Assembly: GCF_001194135.2 (NCBI RefSeq)
Contig: NC_068993.1
Span: 15,011,780-15,050,896 of the forward strand
Direction: 5' to 3'
Origin: Octopus bimaculoides
Lineage: Eukaryota
Length of the DNA: 39,117 nt
Under the pieces are notes generated by a model. It did not search any database, was not told the origin of the DNA, and saw nothing but the letters and a program-made list of their open reading frames with translations. This document shows positions 23,385 through 35,509 of the stretch, one piece after another. The translations under genes were made by a program, and so were the position numbers. Each line of letters starts with the position of its first letter. Positions within the stretch are counted from its first letter, which is position 1.

Positions 23385-23680
23385 GTACTTATTCTATCGG
23401 TCTCTTTTGCCGAACCGCTAAGTTACGGGGACGTAAACACACCAGTATCGGTTGTCATTCGATGTTGGGGGACAAACACAGACACCAAAACATACACAGA
23501 CACATACATATATATGTATATACGACGGGCTTCTTTTTGCTTCCGTCTACCAAATCCACTCACAAGGCTTTGGTAGGCCCGAGGCTATAATAGAAGACAC
23601 TTACCCAAGGTGCCACGCAATGGGACTGAACCGGGAACCGTGTGGTTGGTAAGCAAGCTACTTACCACATAGCCACTCCT
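23385..23680 (-). mobile_element. SINE family A copy (head to mid-3' region)
   Basis: The minus strand starts AGGAGTGGCTATGTGGTAAGTAGCTTGCTTACCAACCACACGGTTCCCGGTTCAGTCCC, containing A and B boxes; it closely matches 30521-30830. Confidence 0.93.
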
Positions 23681-23982
23681 ACATATATAATAATTGTATA
23701 TAATAAATATCATAATGATATTTATTCTCCGATTTGATGTGACAATTTATAAAATATAAACAAATGACCGAAAAATGATGAGCTAACCTCAGGCTGAAAC
23801 GAACTCACAAATCGCCGATTTTAAAGCTCTTTGCGTATCTGGTCGGCCAAACACTAACCCAGCAATTTCAATCAAATTTATTTAATATATACTTAAACTA
23901 TCTTGATACCACACATATAATATTTTCATAATCAAACTCGAAAGTTAAGGAGAGAAAGCTACCCTGGAAGGCTCATAGTATA

Positions 23983-24007
23983 GATAGATAGATAGATAGA
24001 TAGATAT

Positions 24008-24050
<43 letters not shown>
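23983..24050. repeat. (GATA)n microsatellite
   Basis: Read directly from the sequence. Confidence 0.97.
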
Positions 24051-24334
24051 CTAGTGTGAGTATGTATTAGTGCGCTCGCGCTAAACAAATATATATTATA
24101 AAGTCAATTGCAATGATGCAAGCTAGCACAGAGGTGCAGCTATGGCCTTGTGCTATTAAAGGTTAACGTATAGCCATGTGCAACCAATTTCCATATACTA
24201 CTTAAGAGCTTCGTAATAACTAACTATCTCACAACACTGAATCGGGCTGATTTGTGTTTGTAAGGGAACTTTTGTTTATGAGCACTGTAAATTTTCCTTG
24301 AAATGTTAGACTGAATAATGTGCAGTTTAGAAGA

Positions 24335-24490
24335 TCCTTACTCTGAGAAAGTAAGTGGCAGGTAGTGAGTGTACCAGGATCTTAATCAGAAGTTCATCGG
24401 TTTAGTTTGATTCTTAATCCATGAAGAGCGTTGTGTTTTTGCGCAAGGTAATTTTTTTCGCGTGTCTCCAGTCCACTTGCTGACAGAAAC
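24335..24490 (+). mobile_element. Highly degenerate tRNA-derived SINE (third family)
   Basis: GTGGCAGGTAGTGAGTG...GTTTGATTC...CGTTGTGTTTTTGCGCAAGG...TCTCCAGTCCACT resembles a tRNA head followed by a GTTGTGTCCTTGAGCAAG-type core. Confidence 0.4.
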
Positions 24491-26180
24491 ATTGTATTTA
24501 AATCATACAAGAAAAATGTATTTTCAACTTCTAGAGTCGTAACATTAAGGAGTCATTGGTACAACCATAATTATTAAGGGTTAAAGGAGGAACTTGTCCA
24601 TTAGTTTTCTGTTATATACTATCTTTACCCTTTATCCTTTAATACCAGTGGTCATTGAGTACAGGAAATGGAATCCATTCCATTGCAATCTTTCGGGAAA
24701 ACTTTGTGCGCTGAATGATAAATAGATATCATTATACGCTTCTTTCTATAATATATTCCCTTCGGGTGCAAGTCTATAAATATCAATGAGATATTTGCAC
24801 ACAAGTTCGTCAGGAGATTGTAATTAGTGTTATTCATGCTTAATATCAGAAACAATAATTATTATTAAATCACTCTTTAGCATCGACTGTGAGAAATAGA
24901 GGAAAACTATAAGCAAAACCATTTTCTTTGTTGCCATCTTGTTTAGGTGATCAAATATCCCCGAGTGGAAACGTAAACTGATCCTTATCGCTTCAGGGCT
25001 TTTCTTCCTGCCTGTATTTGAAAGTTTTAAAGTGAGAGGCAATCTGCACAATTCATTCCCATCCCACTTTTCTTTTTTTTTTTAGCCTTGGAGCTCTGAC
25101 CACAGTAGCTCAGCAGGTTAAGACAGATATGATCACCAGCAAGCTGTAGATTTTATATTGGAGAGGTCTTTCTCATAGGTGAATTGCCTAACAGGGTTGG
25201 AAAGATGCACCAACTCCGGAGTCGCTGGGAGGATGCTAAAGAGGACAACGGAATTCTTGAGGAACAGCAATCATTAAAATAACGTGTAATTTATTGGCGT
25301 GTATTACAGAAAATACTTTTTAAAATAATACATTTCTAAATCTCTCAGAAAGATTTATGCAGTAGTGATACGATGAAGAAGTTGTATGCTGTCAACTTAA
25401 TGTGACAGTCACCTGAAGAGAATAATACTACTGTTGGTTAGACCTAGGAAGCTACACCGCTTCCTGTCGGCCTTGACACATTTCTTGTGTTCTTATGTTT
25501 ACAGGGGAGAGACAAGCACGTCCACCCCCAAAAAATACTTTGTTGAAAACCCTTTCTGTACTGAGTTCATATCAAAGCAAAGATGACTTTTCTTTTCTTC
25601 CGTTACCCCCTGGGGCCATAATATAAATCACAGGTCAGGTGCAGGAATCGATCTATCATACATCATAGATATGACTGGAATTATGACCGTAAGAGATATT
25701 TATTTTCGACAGAAAATTATTAACGTTACTAGTATAGCGACAAAGATTCATAAAATAAACTGCTGCATCGATTCATTTACATTTACTAATTATAGAGATA
25801 ACAATATGCCTTGATTGAACGAGTTGTGTGCCTGCTGACCTTTCAGCTTATATTAATGGGATAATCTATTTTCAATCCAATAAGTTACAGAAGAAAATTT
25901 GATCCTTATAATTTCCTTCCTTTCAGTTTCCATCAGCATTAATATCGTTGTATTATTTTGTTGTTATTGTTGTTATTGTTGTTGTTGTCATCGTTTTTGT
26001 TGCTGTTATTGTTTCGCCAAAGGTCTTTATAGTGTATAGCGTGATGTGGTTTCGTAAAGATAATTCGTTTGCTTAATTCTTAAAGAATAAGTGAATACTC
26101 GATATTTCCAAAAGTCATAGCAATTCCTTATCGTTGCAATAAATGATGATTTCGTATTAATAATGTCTATTTTTAGTTTA

Positions 26181-26250
<70 letters not shown>

Positions 26251-26764
26251 TGCTGATACTATCCATAACGATTGAGCAACAGCAGACACTGAAAACCGCC
26301 TACAGTGATACAGCTAGAATAGCAACAGAAAAATAAAGCGCAAAGCTAAATGAAGTCGGAACATAAGAAATCATCACTAACATAATGTTAGGTAGACGTG
26401 AATGATAGCATTGTGTCAAAAGCAGTAATTAAGGAGATTAAATTCTCCCCCAATGAGAGCGCCCATTCAAACACAAAATTGAACATGAATCTCATTCCTA
26501 AATGTTTTTCTCCTTCCATTTTCTCATCTGTATTTCATTATTCTCGTACTTCGTTGACTTTATTTTCTTGTCAGCACTGGTGTTCCAATTTGTCTTTTGT
26601 TCTTTCATTTTTTTTTTTTTTTGGCTTTGCTTAAATTCCTATGCAAAGGACGAGGCAGGTTGATATCTCTTGGGATGTTCGGTAAATTAAACGTAGAGGC
26701 ATGACTCATAAAGCCGGACATTAATCCGATTTCTATGGCTGAAACAGAATTGAGATTAAAAAAC

Positions 26765-26955
26765 TCCACCCTGGATGGGACGCCAAACCGTTGAAGGGTT
26801 AGCTTCCCAGCTATTGCTAGAACTCATTTACAGCTAATGTGACTTAATTGGCGATTTTTCTATAAAGAATGGTAATTCACCGCCCGGTGCAGAAGTTCAA
26901 ACAACGACCTTACGATTATAAGCGAAACACTCTCATCACAGGGCCACACACCTTC
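26765..26955 (-). mobile_element. Degenerate tRNA-derived SINE (third family)
   Basis: The minus strand reads GGTGTGTGGCCCTGTGATGAGAGTG...GTTTGAACTTC...CACATTAGCTGTAAATGAGT...CGTCCCATCCAGGGTGG. Confidence 0.5.
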
Positions 26956-29486
26956 TCACGGTAAATTATGCCGTACGAGAATTAGTTAGATTTGTCTATT
27001 TGCGAATTTTCAGCTCATGCCACCCTTCTGGAATATTCTCCCTGTTCATATCTTTCTCAATAGTTTCAATAGAATCATTAATGGCAGCAATCTCACTACT
27101 CAAGATGGATCTGCGAACGTCTTGGTTACTGCTCCTTCCTCCAGACCCAGCAACTAAAGAAAAGTTATATGGTTGTGGTTTGTGGTAATCTTTAGATTTA
27201 TGACCCAGTAATTGAGACTCTTTTACTACTGTTATTTGGGTTCAAAATTCTTTCGGTACATAGCCTACAAAAAGAAAGCTTTGGGTCTTCAGACACGAAA
27301 ACGACAGTTCTCTACACAGTCCAAAAACCACATTAGATGACATAACGCTTGCTATTCAATTGTAGAAATCTTTTGATTAGAGATTTGCCTAGTCAAGGCT
27401 GATGTTGATGAACATGTTCGAATGATGTCAATCGGCACTGCCATGGAATTATTTCGTCTAATCCCATATGAAAGCAGCTGTATAAGATTTCTACGTAGGC
27501 CGTATATAAAACAGGATAGAGTAGAAAATGTCATGCCTGAAAACAGAGAAGAATGGTCGAGAAAGGAGAGAACCCAAATAGAAGAATTTAATCTTGGAAA
27601 CGTTTTGGACTTATCAATGTTCGCCATTGATGTTTTCTGAAGAGGGTAGAGTTTTTGATTGACAGTTGCGAACCATCAATATCCACTCTAATACTCTAAA
27701 CATTAACCTACATTCAGCCTTAACTCTTCCCAAACATGCATCCTCCACGTTCCACCAAGACACCACACGCCAACAAGAACTTCTAAATGCTATTTGCACT
27801 TCATTAACCTCTTCACGTTACTTACTTTTCAGTGTAGAATTCAATCCAACTTAATTTTGTGTATGTGTCCTTAAACGTTTTCTCCCCAATCGCTCCCACA
27901 TTATAATTCTGGCATGTCTAACAGCAGACAAATACCAGATTACCCGCTGCTCTGGTATAATACTAGAATCAAATAATAATACTTCGAAATTTTATGGTGT
28001 TTAAGTTACTAATTTGAGACACTGCTGAATCAAATGGTGAATAATTTAAATTCTTGCATACTTAATACTTCAGGTCAGAAACAAGCAAATTATTATACAT
28101 ATGAAACAGCATAACGTAATATTTGAACTTCAAAGCTTTGTTTTCTAAATACCCTTCGATTTTTGTCTATATAAGACATTTCTAAATTCGCTGTTTAAGT
28201 CGCGTACGAAAGGTTTACAATTGTTATAATTTAGTATTTATAAATTTCAAATTTTGAATAGATATGAGACCAAATGTTTGCATAAGAGGATCTTAGCATT
28301 AACTAGGAATAATTTTATCAAGACCTAAAGGACGAATAATAATGCTGACCCCGTTGGGATTTCAAACTACCAGACTTTTAATGTCTGCAAAGAATTTAAT
28401 GTGATTTTCTCTTATCTTCAACTTCAACGTAATATATAAACTATATTAAGAATAAACGTTAATAATGTATTCAAAATAATGCATTCATGCATTCATATAA
28501 ATTTACAGATAATAACATAGAGAATATGTGTAATCATATAAACTATATTTACATCATACTGAAACAAAGATGAAACACGGTAGCAACATTAAATCAATAG
28601 CTGCAGGATAATGTGTTGATTACATTCATAAATTTAATATTTTCAGTTAAGTATTCGTGTCATTTATGTATCATTATCTGTCATATATGTTGTGATATAT
28701 GTTTGAATGCATATTTATATGTTTAAGATAAATTTATGCCTTGCAGTAAGAGAAACCTGATGAAATTCTTTCAGTTCGAAACAAGCAGTCTCCATTCGTA
28801 ATATGTCTCTGTAGACAGTTTGGTGTTATAATATCACAAATCACTACAGTATCACTAAATCTATATTCAATGTATATTCATTTAAGTAAATTAATTAGTT
28901 CTTTTGTTGTATGATGACTTGTGTAATGAATTATGCTGATTAGTTTTCAGACCATACCAGAGGTTTTATTTTACAACTTGAGTCTGTGTCAGTTTACGCT
29001 ATCATCAATAAAATATTAACCTCGCTGTACGAAACAGCTTTGTTGCCAGACTATATTTGCCAAGAATTTGATGACATAACTACAAACCACTCTACATCAA
29101 AAGTAAATATCCATTAATCTTATAAACTATACTTTCACTCATTAGCCTAATTAGAAACATGAACATCGAATATAGTTTACTATATGTAATTCGTATGTCA
29201 TAGTTCTATGACTTTGTAGGTTTGGACTCAACAAATATGACTTGTTAATTTGTAAATATTCTCGCTAAATTTGGAGTCGTCGTTGCTCTTAAACCTGACA
29301 TTTGTGAAAATTTCCACAAGACATGAAATCAAAATGAGCATTAAAATTTAGTACCATTTATATTTCTGAAAGTAATTACCATATCTGGTAATATATGTTG
29401 TTAATCAATAACACTATCGTTTATTATCATATATAAACACACAAAAAAGGCACACGCACGCACATCCGCGTGCACGCACACACACA

Positions 29487-29795
29487 GCGTTTATCATGAT
29501 GGTGCATCACGTAGTTAATCAATCACTTACTTTCTCAAATGTGGCACAAGTGAAAAGTGTCCGGTAGTTTAGGTAGGTATCCTGGTAAAGGGAGCTTTTG
29601 TGTTTATGTGTTTATGGTTGGGTATGGTCAATACTTTGCGGGACTGTAAAGTTGTGCTGATAGGAGTCCCTATAGTGGAGGTCCTGGCGTTTACAATGAC
29701 GGTGGATCACATAGTTAATCAATCACTTACATTCATGTGGCACGAATGAAAAGTTTTGCTCTTGTAGTCTATGCAAGTGTCTCGGTAATGGAAGA
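29487..29795 (+). repeat. Diverged direct repeat, ~100-bp units starting at 29487 and 29687 (200-bp spacing)
   Basis: GCGTTTATCATGATGGTGCATCACGTAGTTAATCAATCACTTAC vs GCGTTTACAATGACGGTGGATCACATAGTTAATCAATCACTTAC, continuing through ATGTGGCAC...TGAAAAGT. Confidence 0.85.
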
Positions 29796-30338
29796 TTTTC
29801 TAAATAATTATTTTGTTGTTTAGGTACAGCCTACATTTTCCATCACTTTTACTCAAGAATAAAATACATCACTCGGTCGAAAGAAATCGGAAACAGAAGC
29901 TTATGATTTTGACTTCAACACCCAAACCTCTAAGCCATACGTTGCCACATATTGGAAGATATGGTGCTGTAATTCAAACATTCTAAGCTTAGTGTGTGCG
30001 GGTGATCTCTTTGAATCTGGACCAAGGAAGTTAAATATAATTCATATGCACTTGCAGGTGGTTTTCAACATAGAACAGGTGGATCGGTGACTGATTAACC
30101 CTTTCATACAGAAATTCATTAGTTGGCGTGTGGTTAGTTTTGATTCGTAAAATATATAGCCTTCTTTGGGAGAAGAGGCGGTAATGTCGAAGTAAAAAAC
30201 GAGCACCCGTGTATTCTTAGACCTATATATACGAGAATAACATCATGAACATTATCAAGAACATGCAGATGCGCTGAGGATTTTCAGCCGAAATACATGT
30301 CATATGATGTGATTGAAATAATTTAATGTACCATGGTA

Positions 30339-30397
<59 letters not shown>

Positions 30398-30520
30398 ATA
30401 TATAGTATTATATTATGTTGTACCGTATTATAGAATATTATAAAATATAGTACGTCATGGTGTTTAGATAATTTGTATGAAACTAATTGTAAATATCTGA
30501 GCAGGTAAATTGTAAATATA

Positions 30521-30935
30521 GGCGCAGGAGTGGCTGTGTGGTTAGTAGCTTGCTTACCAACCACATGGTTCCGGGTTCATTCCCACTGTGTGTCACCTTG
30601 GGTGAGTGTTTTCTACTATAGCCTTGGGCCGACCAAAGCCTTGTGAGTGGATTTGGTAGACGGAAACTGAAAGAAGCCTGTCGTACATATGTATATATAT
30701 ATATTTATGTGTGTGTATATGTTTGTATGTCTGTGTTTGCCCCCCCCCCTCAACATCGCTTGACAACAGATGGTGGTATGTTTACGTCCCCGTAATCTAG
30801 CGGTTCGGCATAGGAGACCAATAGAATAAGTACTAGGCTTCCAAAGAATAAGTCCTGGGTTCGATTTGCTCGACTGAAGATGGTGCTCCAGCATGGCCGC
30901 AGTGAAATGACTGAAACAAGTAAAAGAGAAAAGAG
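30521..30935 (+). mobile_element. Full-length tRNA-derived SINE family A copy
   Basis: A box TGGCTGTGTGG (30531-30541), B box GGTTCATTCCC (30574-30584), internal TA/TG stretch, AAAAGAG tail, and AGGTA target duplication (30503-30507, 30936-30940). Confidence 0.95.
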
Positions 30936-31389
30936 AGGTATATATATCCTGTTTAGGATGGAAGTAAACAACTTAGGTTAAGGATGCTTGACGGTCTGGT
31001 ACTCAATAGGTAATGAGATGCAATGATGAGAAGCATTCCGGTTGGCAAATATGTAAGATTTCATACGAAGTCTGTTAGTATGGGATGATTGAGAATTCCA
31101 AAAGAGTTGTGTTCATTTAATTTGCTAACAGTAATGACAACAAAGGAATGGTGTGAAGATACGAAGTATATGCCCTTAAAATACGAACGGAACAAAAATA
31201 AATAAAAATGCTCTGGGAATTTCGAAGAGAAACATTATACCATGTTATGGATGAGGGACAAGTTTATTATAGGAAAGTGTAATTTTCGTTTTTCAATAGA
31301 ATTTACTTACGCTCAGACGTCAGATACGCAAAGATATATATATAAGAAGCCAATAAGGTTAGAAAAGTCATTAAGTCTTATTGTTTTTT

Positions 31390-31690
31390 CAATCTACGAA
31401 GAAATGGTTATATTTACACGATTTGCATATCCGCTGCATAGGTTACATATATTATATCATATCTTGATTCTATAAGGGATGAGATCCCTATTGAGAAGCA
31501 GCTCTCATTAAATAAAGTGTTACATATATAACGCGTGCAGATAAGTTGTTCCACTTCTCTGAAGCCACTAGATTTGTTTTGTGAATAAAGAGATTGGATA
31601 CCTTATTCTCTGAGAATGGTTAAGTGATGCAGACACTTCTGATGAGAACACAGTACGAGTCGAAAATCGATTAAGTCTCTACATCATTTT
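31390..31690 (+). mobile_element. Decayed Penelope-like element 3' end (GIY-YIG C-terminus plus hammerhead-like motif)
   Basis: YTICIS..YI (~31410-31450) resembles the first GIY-YIG strand. *IKRLDTLFSENG* (~31585-31622) resembles the C-terminal WIxRLDTLxPNGLN, and a hammerhead-like motif follows immediately. Confidence 0.5.
31631..31680 (+). ncRNA. Minimal type I hammerhead ribozyme candidate
   Basis: AGACACTT-CTGATGA-GAACACAGTACGAGTC-GAAA-ATCGAT-T-AAGTCTCT: stem I pairs 7/8, the core is intact, stem II closes G-C/A-U, and stem III is the palindrome ATCGAT. One extra A lies after GAA. Confidence 0.5.
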
Positions 31691-31733
31691 TTTTTAATCT
31701 ACGGAGAAATAGTTAAGTTTGACGTGTGTACAT

Positions 31734-31774
<41 letters not shown>

Positions 31775-31963
31775 NNNNNNNNNNNNNNNNNNNNNNNNNN
31801 NNNNNNNNNNNNNNNNNNNNNNNNNNNNNNNNNNNNNNNNNNNNNNNNNNNNNNNNNNNNNNNNNNNNNNNNNNNNNNNNNNNNNNNNNNNNNNNNNNNN
31901 NNNNNNNNNNNNNNNNNNNNNNNNNNNNNNNNNNNNNNNNNNNNNNNNNNNNNNNNNNNNNNN
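31775..31963. other. Assembly gap (inside the inverted-repeat spacer)
   Basis: Run of N. Confidence 1.
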
Positions 31964-32007
31964 ATATATATATAAGCATACATATATACATACATTTATG
32001 TGTGTGC

Positions 32008-32056
<49 letters not shown>

Positions 32057-33258
32057 CGTGTGTGTACAGCCTACCACGCAGAGAATATATGAAATTTTAT
32101 TCCACTTCTTCCCTCCTAAACAGGATATATATACCTGCTCAGAAATTTACAATTAGTTTCATACAAATTATCTAAACACCATGACGTATTATATTTTATA
32201 ATATAACATAATACGGTATAACAAAATATAATACTATATATAAATACACACACACACACACACACACACACCATGATACATTAAATTATTTCAATCACAT
32301 CATATGACATGTATTTCGGATGAAAATTCGCAGCGCATCTGCATGTTCTTGATAATGTGCATGATCTTATTCTAGTATGTATACGTCTCAGAATATACGG
32401 GTGCTCGTTTTTATCTTGTATATTTTTCTTTGTTACGAACGTTCGAATTTCCTTTATAATAATTCTAGCAACCATTTTCGTGTTTTGTTTTGTTTTGTTT
32501 TTCTTTTTTCTTCTTTTTTTTTCGTTTTTGTATTTATTTTTATTTTTTGTTTTTTTACCGTGTAGCCATGACAGATTTCGTTTACGTACGACATATCAAC
32601 AGCTGAGTATTTTCTATTGTAATATTTTAATATCATAATGATTTCTTCCTAAAACTCACTATTATTTAACTGCCAATAACTAATATTTTCTTTAAGAATT
32701 TTCAGAACAACAAAAAAAAAAAACAACTAAAATATATAATAAAAATGAAACAATATTAAATGCAAAGCATTTTTTTAGCGTTCCTCGTTTCCTCTATATA
32801 AATCTACAGCTTTTTCATTTTCAGTGGATTTTCCTATATCGTATTGAACATCTGCGTGAGATTTTTTACCTTCATTTTATGAAGCTACTCCTATATTAAT
32901 ATTTCGATCTAAATTTGAAATTGCTTTACCTATGTTGTTTTCAATGTTATTTTACAATAAGACATTGCCTTAAGATACCAATTGGTTTCTTTAAAAAAAA
33001 AAAAAAGCTAGTCAGTTTTCTGTCGCTGCCTTCATTGGAGACAGATATTAAAATATCTATCGCAAATACATACAGAAGAAAAAATATAACTATCAAACGA
33101 ACGGAGAACCTCGTTATTAACTTTTAAACAATACAATGTGCCACATACGTACGTACAAACGCATGCATGTTGATGTATATTTATGAATAAATGCATTTAT
33201 GATTCGGTATATCTAAGCCTTACATGCATATACATACACAAACATACCCTCATGTGTC

Positions 33259-33308
<50 letters not shown>

Positions 33309-33714
33309 CATCTGTACATACATATGTATACATGTACATGTGCTTATGTAGATGTATGCTTGTATTATGTACGTGAAGGGTTGTGTGCATTTGTCTAGGA
33401 CGAACATAGTTAATGTATGCACGTTTCTTCGTGTATAATTCGTTTCTCGGATATCATTTCTTCAACTATTTCATTCCTCTAATATTTATTTTATTTTCTA
33501 TCGCAGTGTTTCATACAATATAATGTTGTATGAGTATCAGTATTTAGTCCTTATCATTTCAACGAATGTCAGTGTGTTAAGGACCTTCGTTTTACCGCAG
33601 TTTCGTGTCTCTGTCTTTCATTACAAAAGCAATTTCAATAAATGTTTGCTATCATTTTAATTCATTATTCTATCCACATTTAGATGGAGTTTTTCTTTTA
33701 CTTGTTTTAGTCTT

Positions 33715-33878
33715 GGAGAACCTTTAGTCGAATGAATCGACTCCAGTACATGTTTTTATGCCTGCTGCTTATTCTATCAAATGTTCTGCCGTACAGTTCA
33801 CTTACGGGGACATAAACACACCAACACCAGTTGTCAAGCAGTAGTGAGGGACAAACAGAGAGACAAAGACACACACAG

Positions 33879-33922
<44 letters not shown>

Positions 33923-33974
33923 TATATATATATATTAAGATAAAACTTACTTGGAAAAGGATGCGTGGCGTTCG

Positions 33975-34011
<37 letters not shown>

Positions 34012-34182
34012 ATATGTATGTATACGACGGTTTTCTTTCAGTTTCCACCTATGAAATTTACTCACGAGGCTTGGTCAGCCCGAGACTATAGTAGAAGACA
34101 CCCCATGAGCTACACAGTGGGACTGAACCCGTAACCATGGGGTTTGGAAGCAAGCGTCTTACCACTAACCCACGCCTGCGCC
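33715..34182 (-). mobile_element. Near full-length SINE family A copy with an expanded internal (TA)n
   Basis: The minus strand head reads TAGGCGCAGGCGTGGGTTAGTGGTAAGACGCTTGCTTCC...GGGTTCAGTCCC; the 3' half matches 30740-30880. Confidence 0.9.
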
Positions 34183-34999
34183 TATTTGTTTAAGTTCTAA
34201 TAAATACACATGGAATTATATAGTTCGTACAATATATTCACAACTCAATACAACATACGTCTTATACTTCATACGTGGAATTTAAACATGGAGTTGAAAC
34301 ACAAATATTATGCCATCAATTTCTGATATACTTCAATTCTCCTTGAAAATATACGTTTGTGAGAATATCGGTGGAGTCAAATTACGAAGAAAGAATGTAA
34401 GCAAAAGTGCTTTTAATAGAAATTATTATCATGTATGTAAATGTATTAACAAGAAACTTAGATTTTCGGTCAGTATCTTAACAAACAATTTCTCCCTTGC
34501 TTTTCGCATTATTATCAATGCATATAAATTTCTACGGCTTTGAACAATTCAATTTTGTCGATCCTGTAGCATAATACATATCTAATGTCATATATATTCA
34601 AGAAATGTAAGTTCTAGTGCAGTGAGATAGAAATATTTGCCATGTTTAGAGCAATATTCCTTATCAGAGCAACAATGAACAATATATAATACGTTCTTCT
34701 TACATGGCTGGATGGAATGGGTTATTCATCCTTGTATTGAATAGGAGAAACGAAATGGTAAGTTGAAAGTCATATGACAGAATAACAATGGGAAAATAAG
34801 AAAGAAAAGAAATGAAAGGAAGATAAGAACGCTTGTAAGTTAATACGATATGCATATATTTCATAAACATGTAACTCTGCGTGGTATATAAGGGCTATTC
34901 TTGTTGTGTATATTATATAATATTTTGTGCCGAACAGACCACCTTCAGGTGAAGATTTAGAAGAATAAAGTAATATTTCATTCTTTTTTCTTAAATCTT

Positions 35000-35195
35000 T
35001 CAATTGTTTCAGTCATCGGACTGCAGCCATATAGGGCACATCACCATGAATGATTTAGTGGAACAAATCGATCTCAGTATTTGCTTTGAAAGGCAGTATG
35101 TACTCTATGGATCTGTTTTGGTGAACCATTAAGATAAGAGCACGTAAAACAAAATAAAAACGTTTGTCAAGCGTTAGAGGAAGCACAAAGACACA
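35000..35195 (-). mobile_element. Degenerate 3' half of SINE family A
   Basis: TTGTTTCAGTCATCGGACTGCAGCCAT...AAATCGATCTCAGTA...TTGTCAAGCG. Confidence 0.75.
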
Positions 35196-35277
35196 GAAGA
35201 AAGAATGACAGATGCTTTCCATGTAGGTCAGATGTATATATTGCATGTGTTTGTGTTTGTATGTATAATTACATATG

Positions 35278-35322
<45 letters not shown>

Positions 35323-35393
35323 CATATGTATATATATATATTCAACAATATGTAAACATATAAACACATATACGTTTATATGTGTGTATTTAA

Positions 35394-35493
<100 letters not shown>

Positions 35494-35509
35494 ATGCATG
35501 TATGTATAT

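Larger units (their letters stand above)
30195..32412. repeat. Long inverted repeat: left arm 30195-30507 plus 30936-30964, right arm 32108-32412
   Basis: By-eye alignment shows ~12 mismatches in the first ~142 bp. Homology continues through the internal (TG)n and the AT-rich flank, and resumes after the SINE. Confidence 0.93.

Noticed and set aside
24947-25300. Exon-like segments (GDQISPSGN; GELPNRVGKMHQLRSRWEDAKE)
   Set aside because: The donors are weak, and the 25100-25270 part looks like a repeat-derived segment; chaining these to other candidates gives no recognisable protein.
30268-30310. CTGAGGA...GAAATACATGTC hammerhead-like string in the left inverted-repeat arm
   Set aside because: Stems I and II do not pair, and the right arm has CTGCGAA at the same position.
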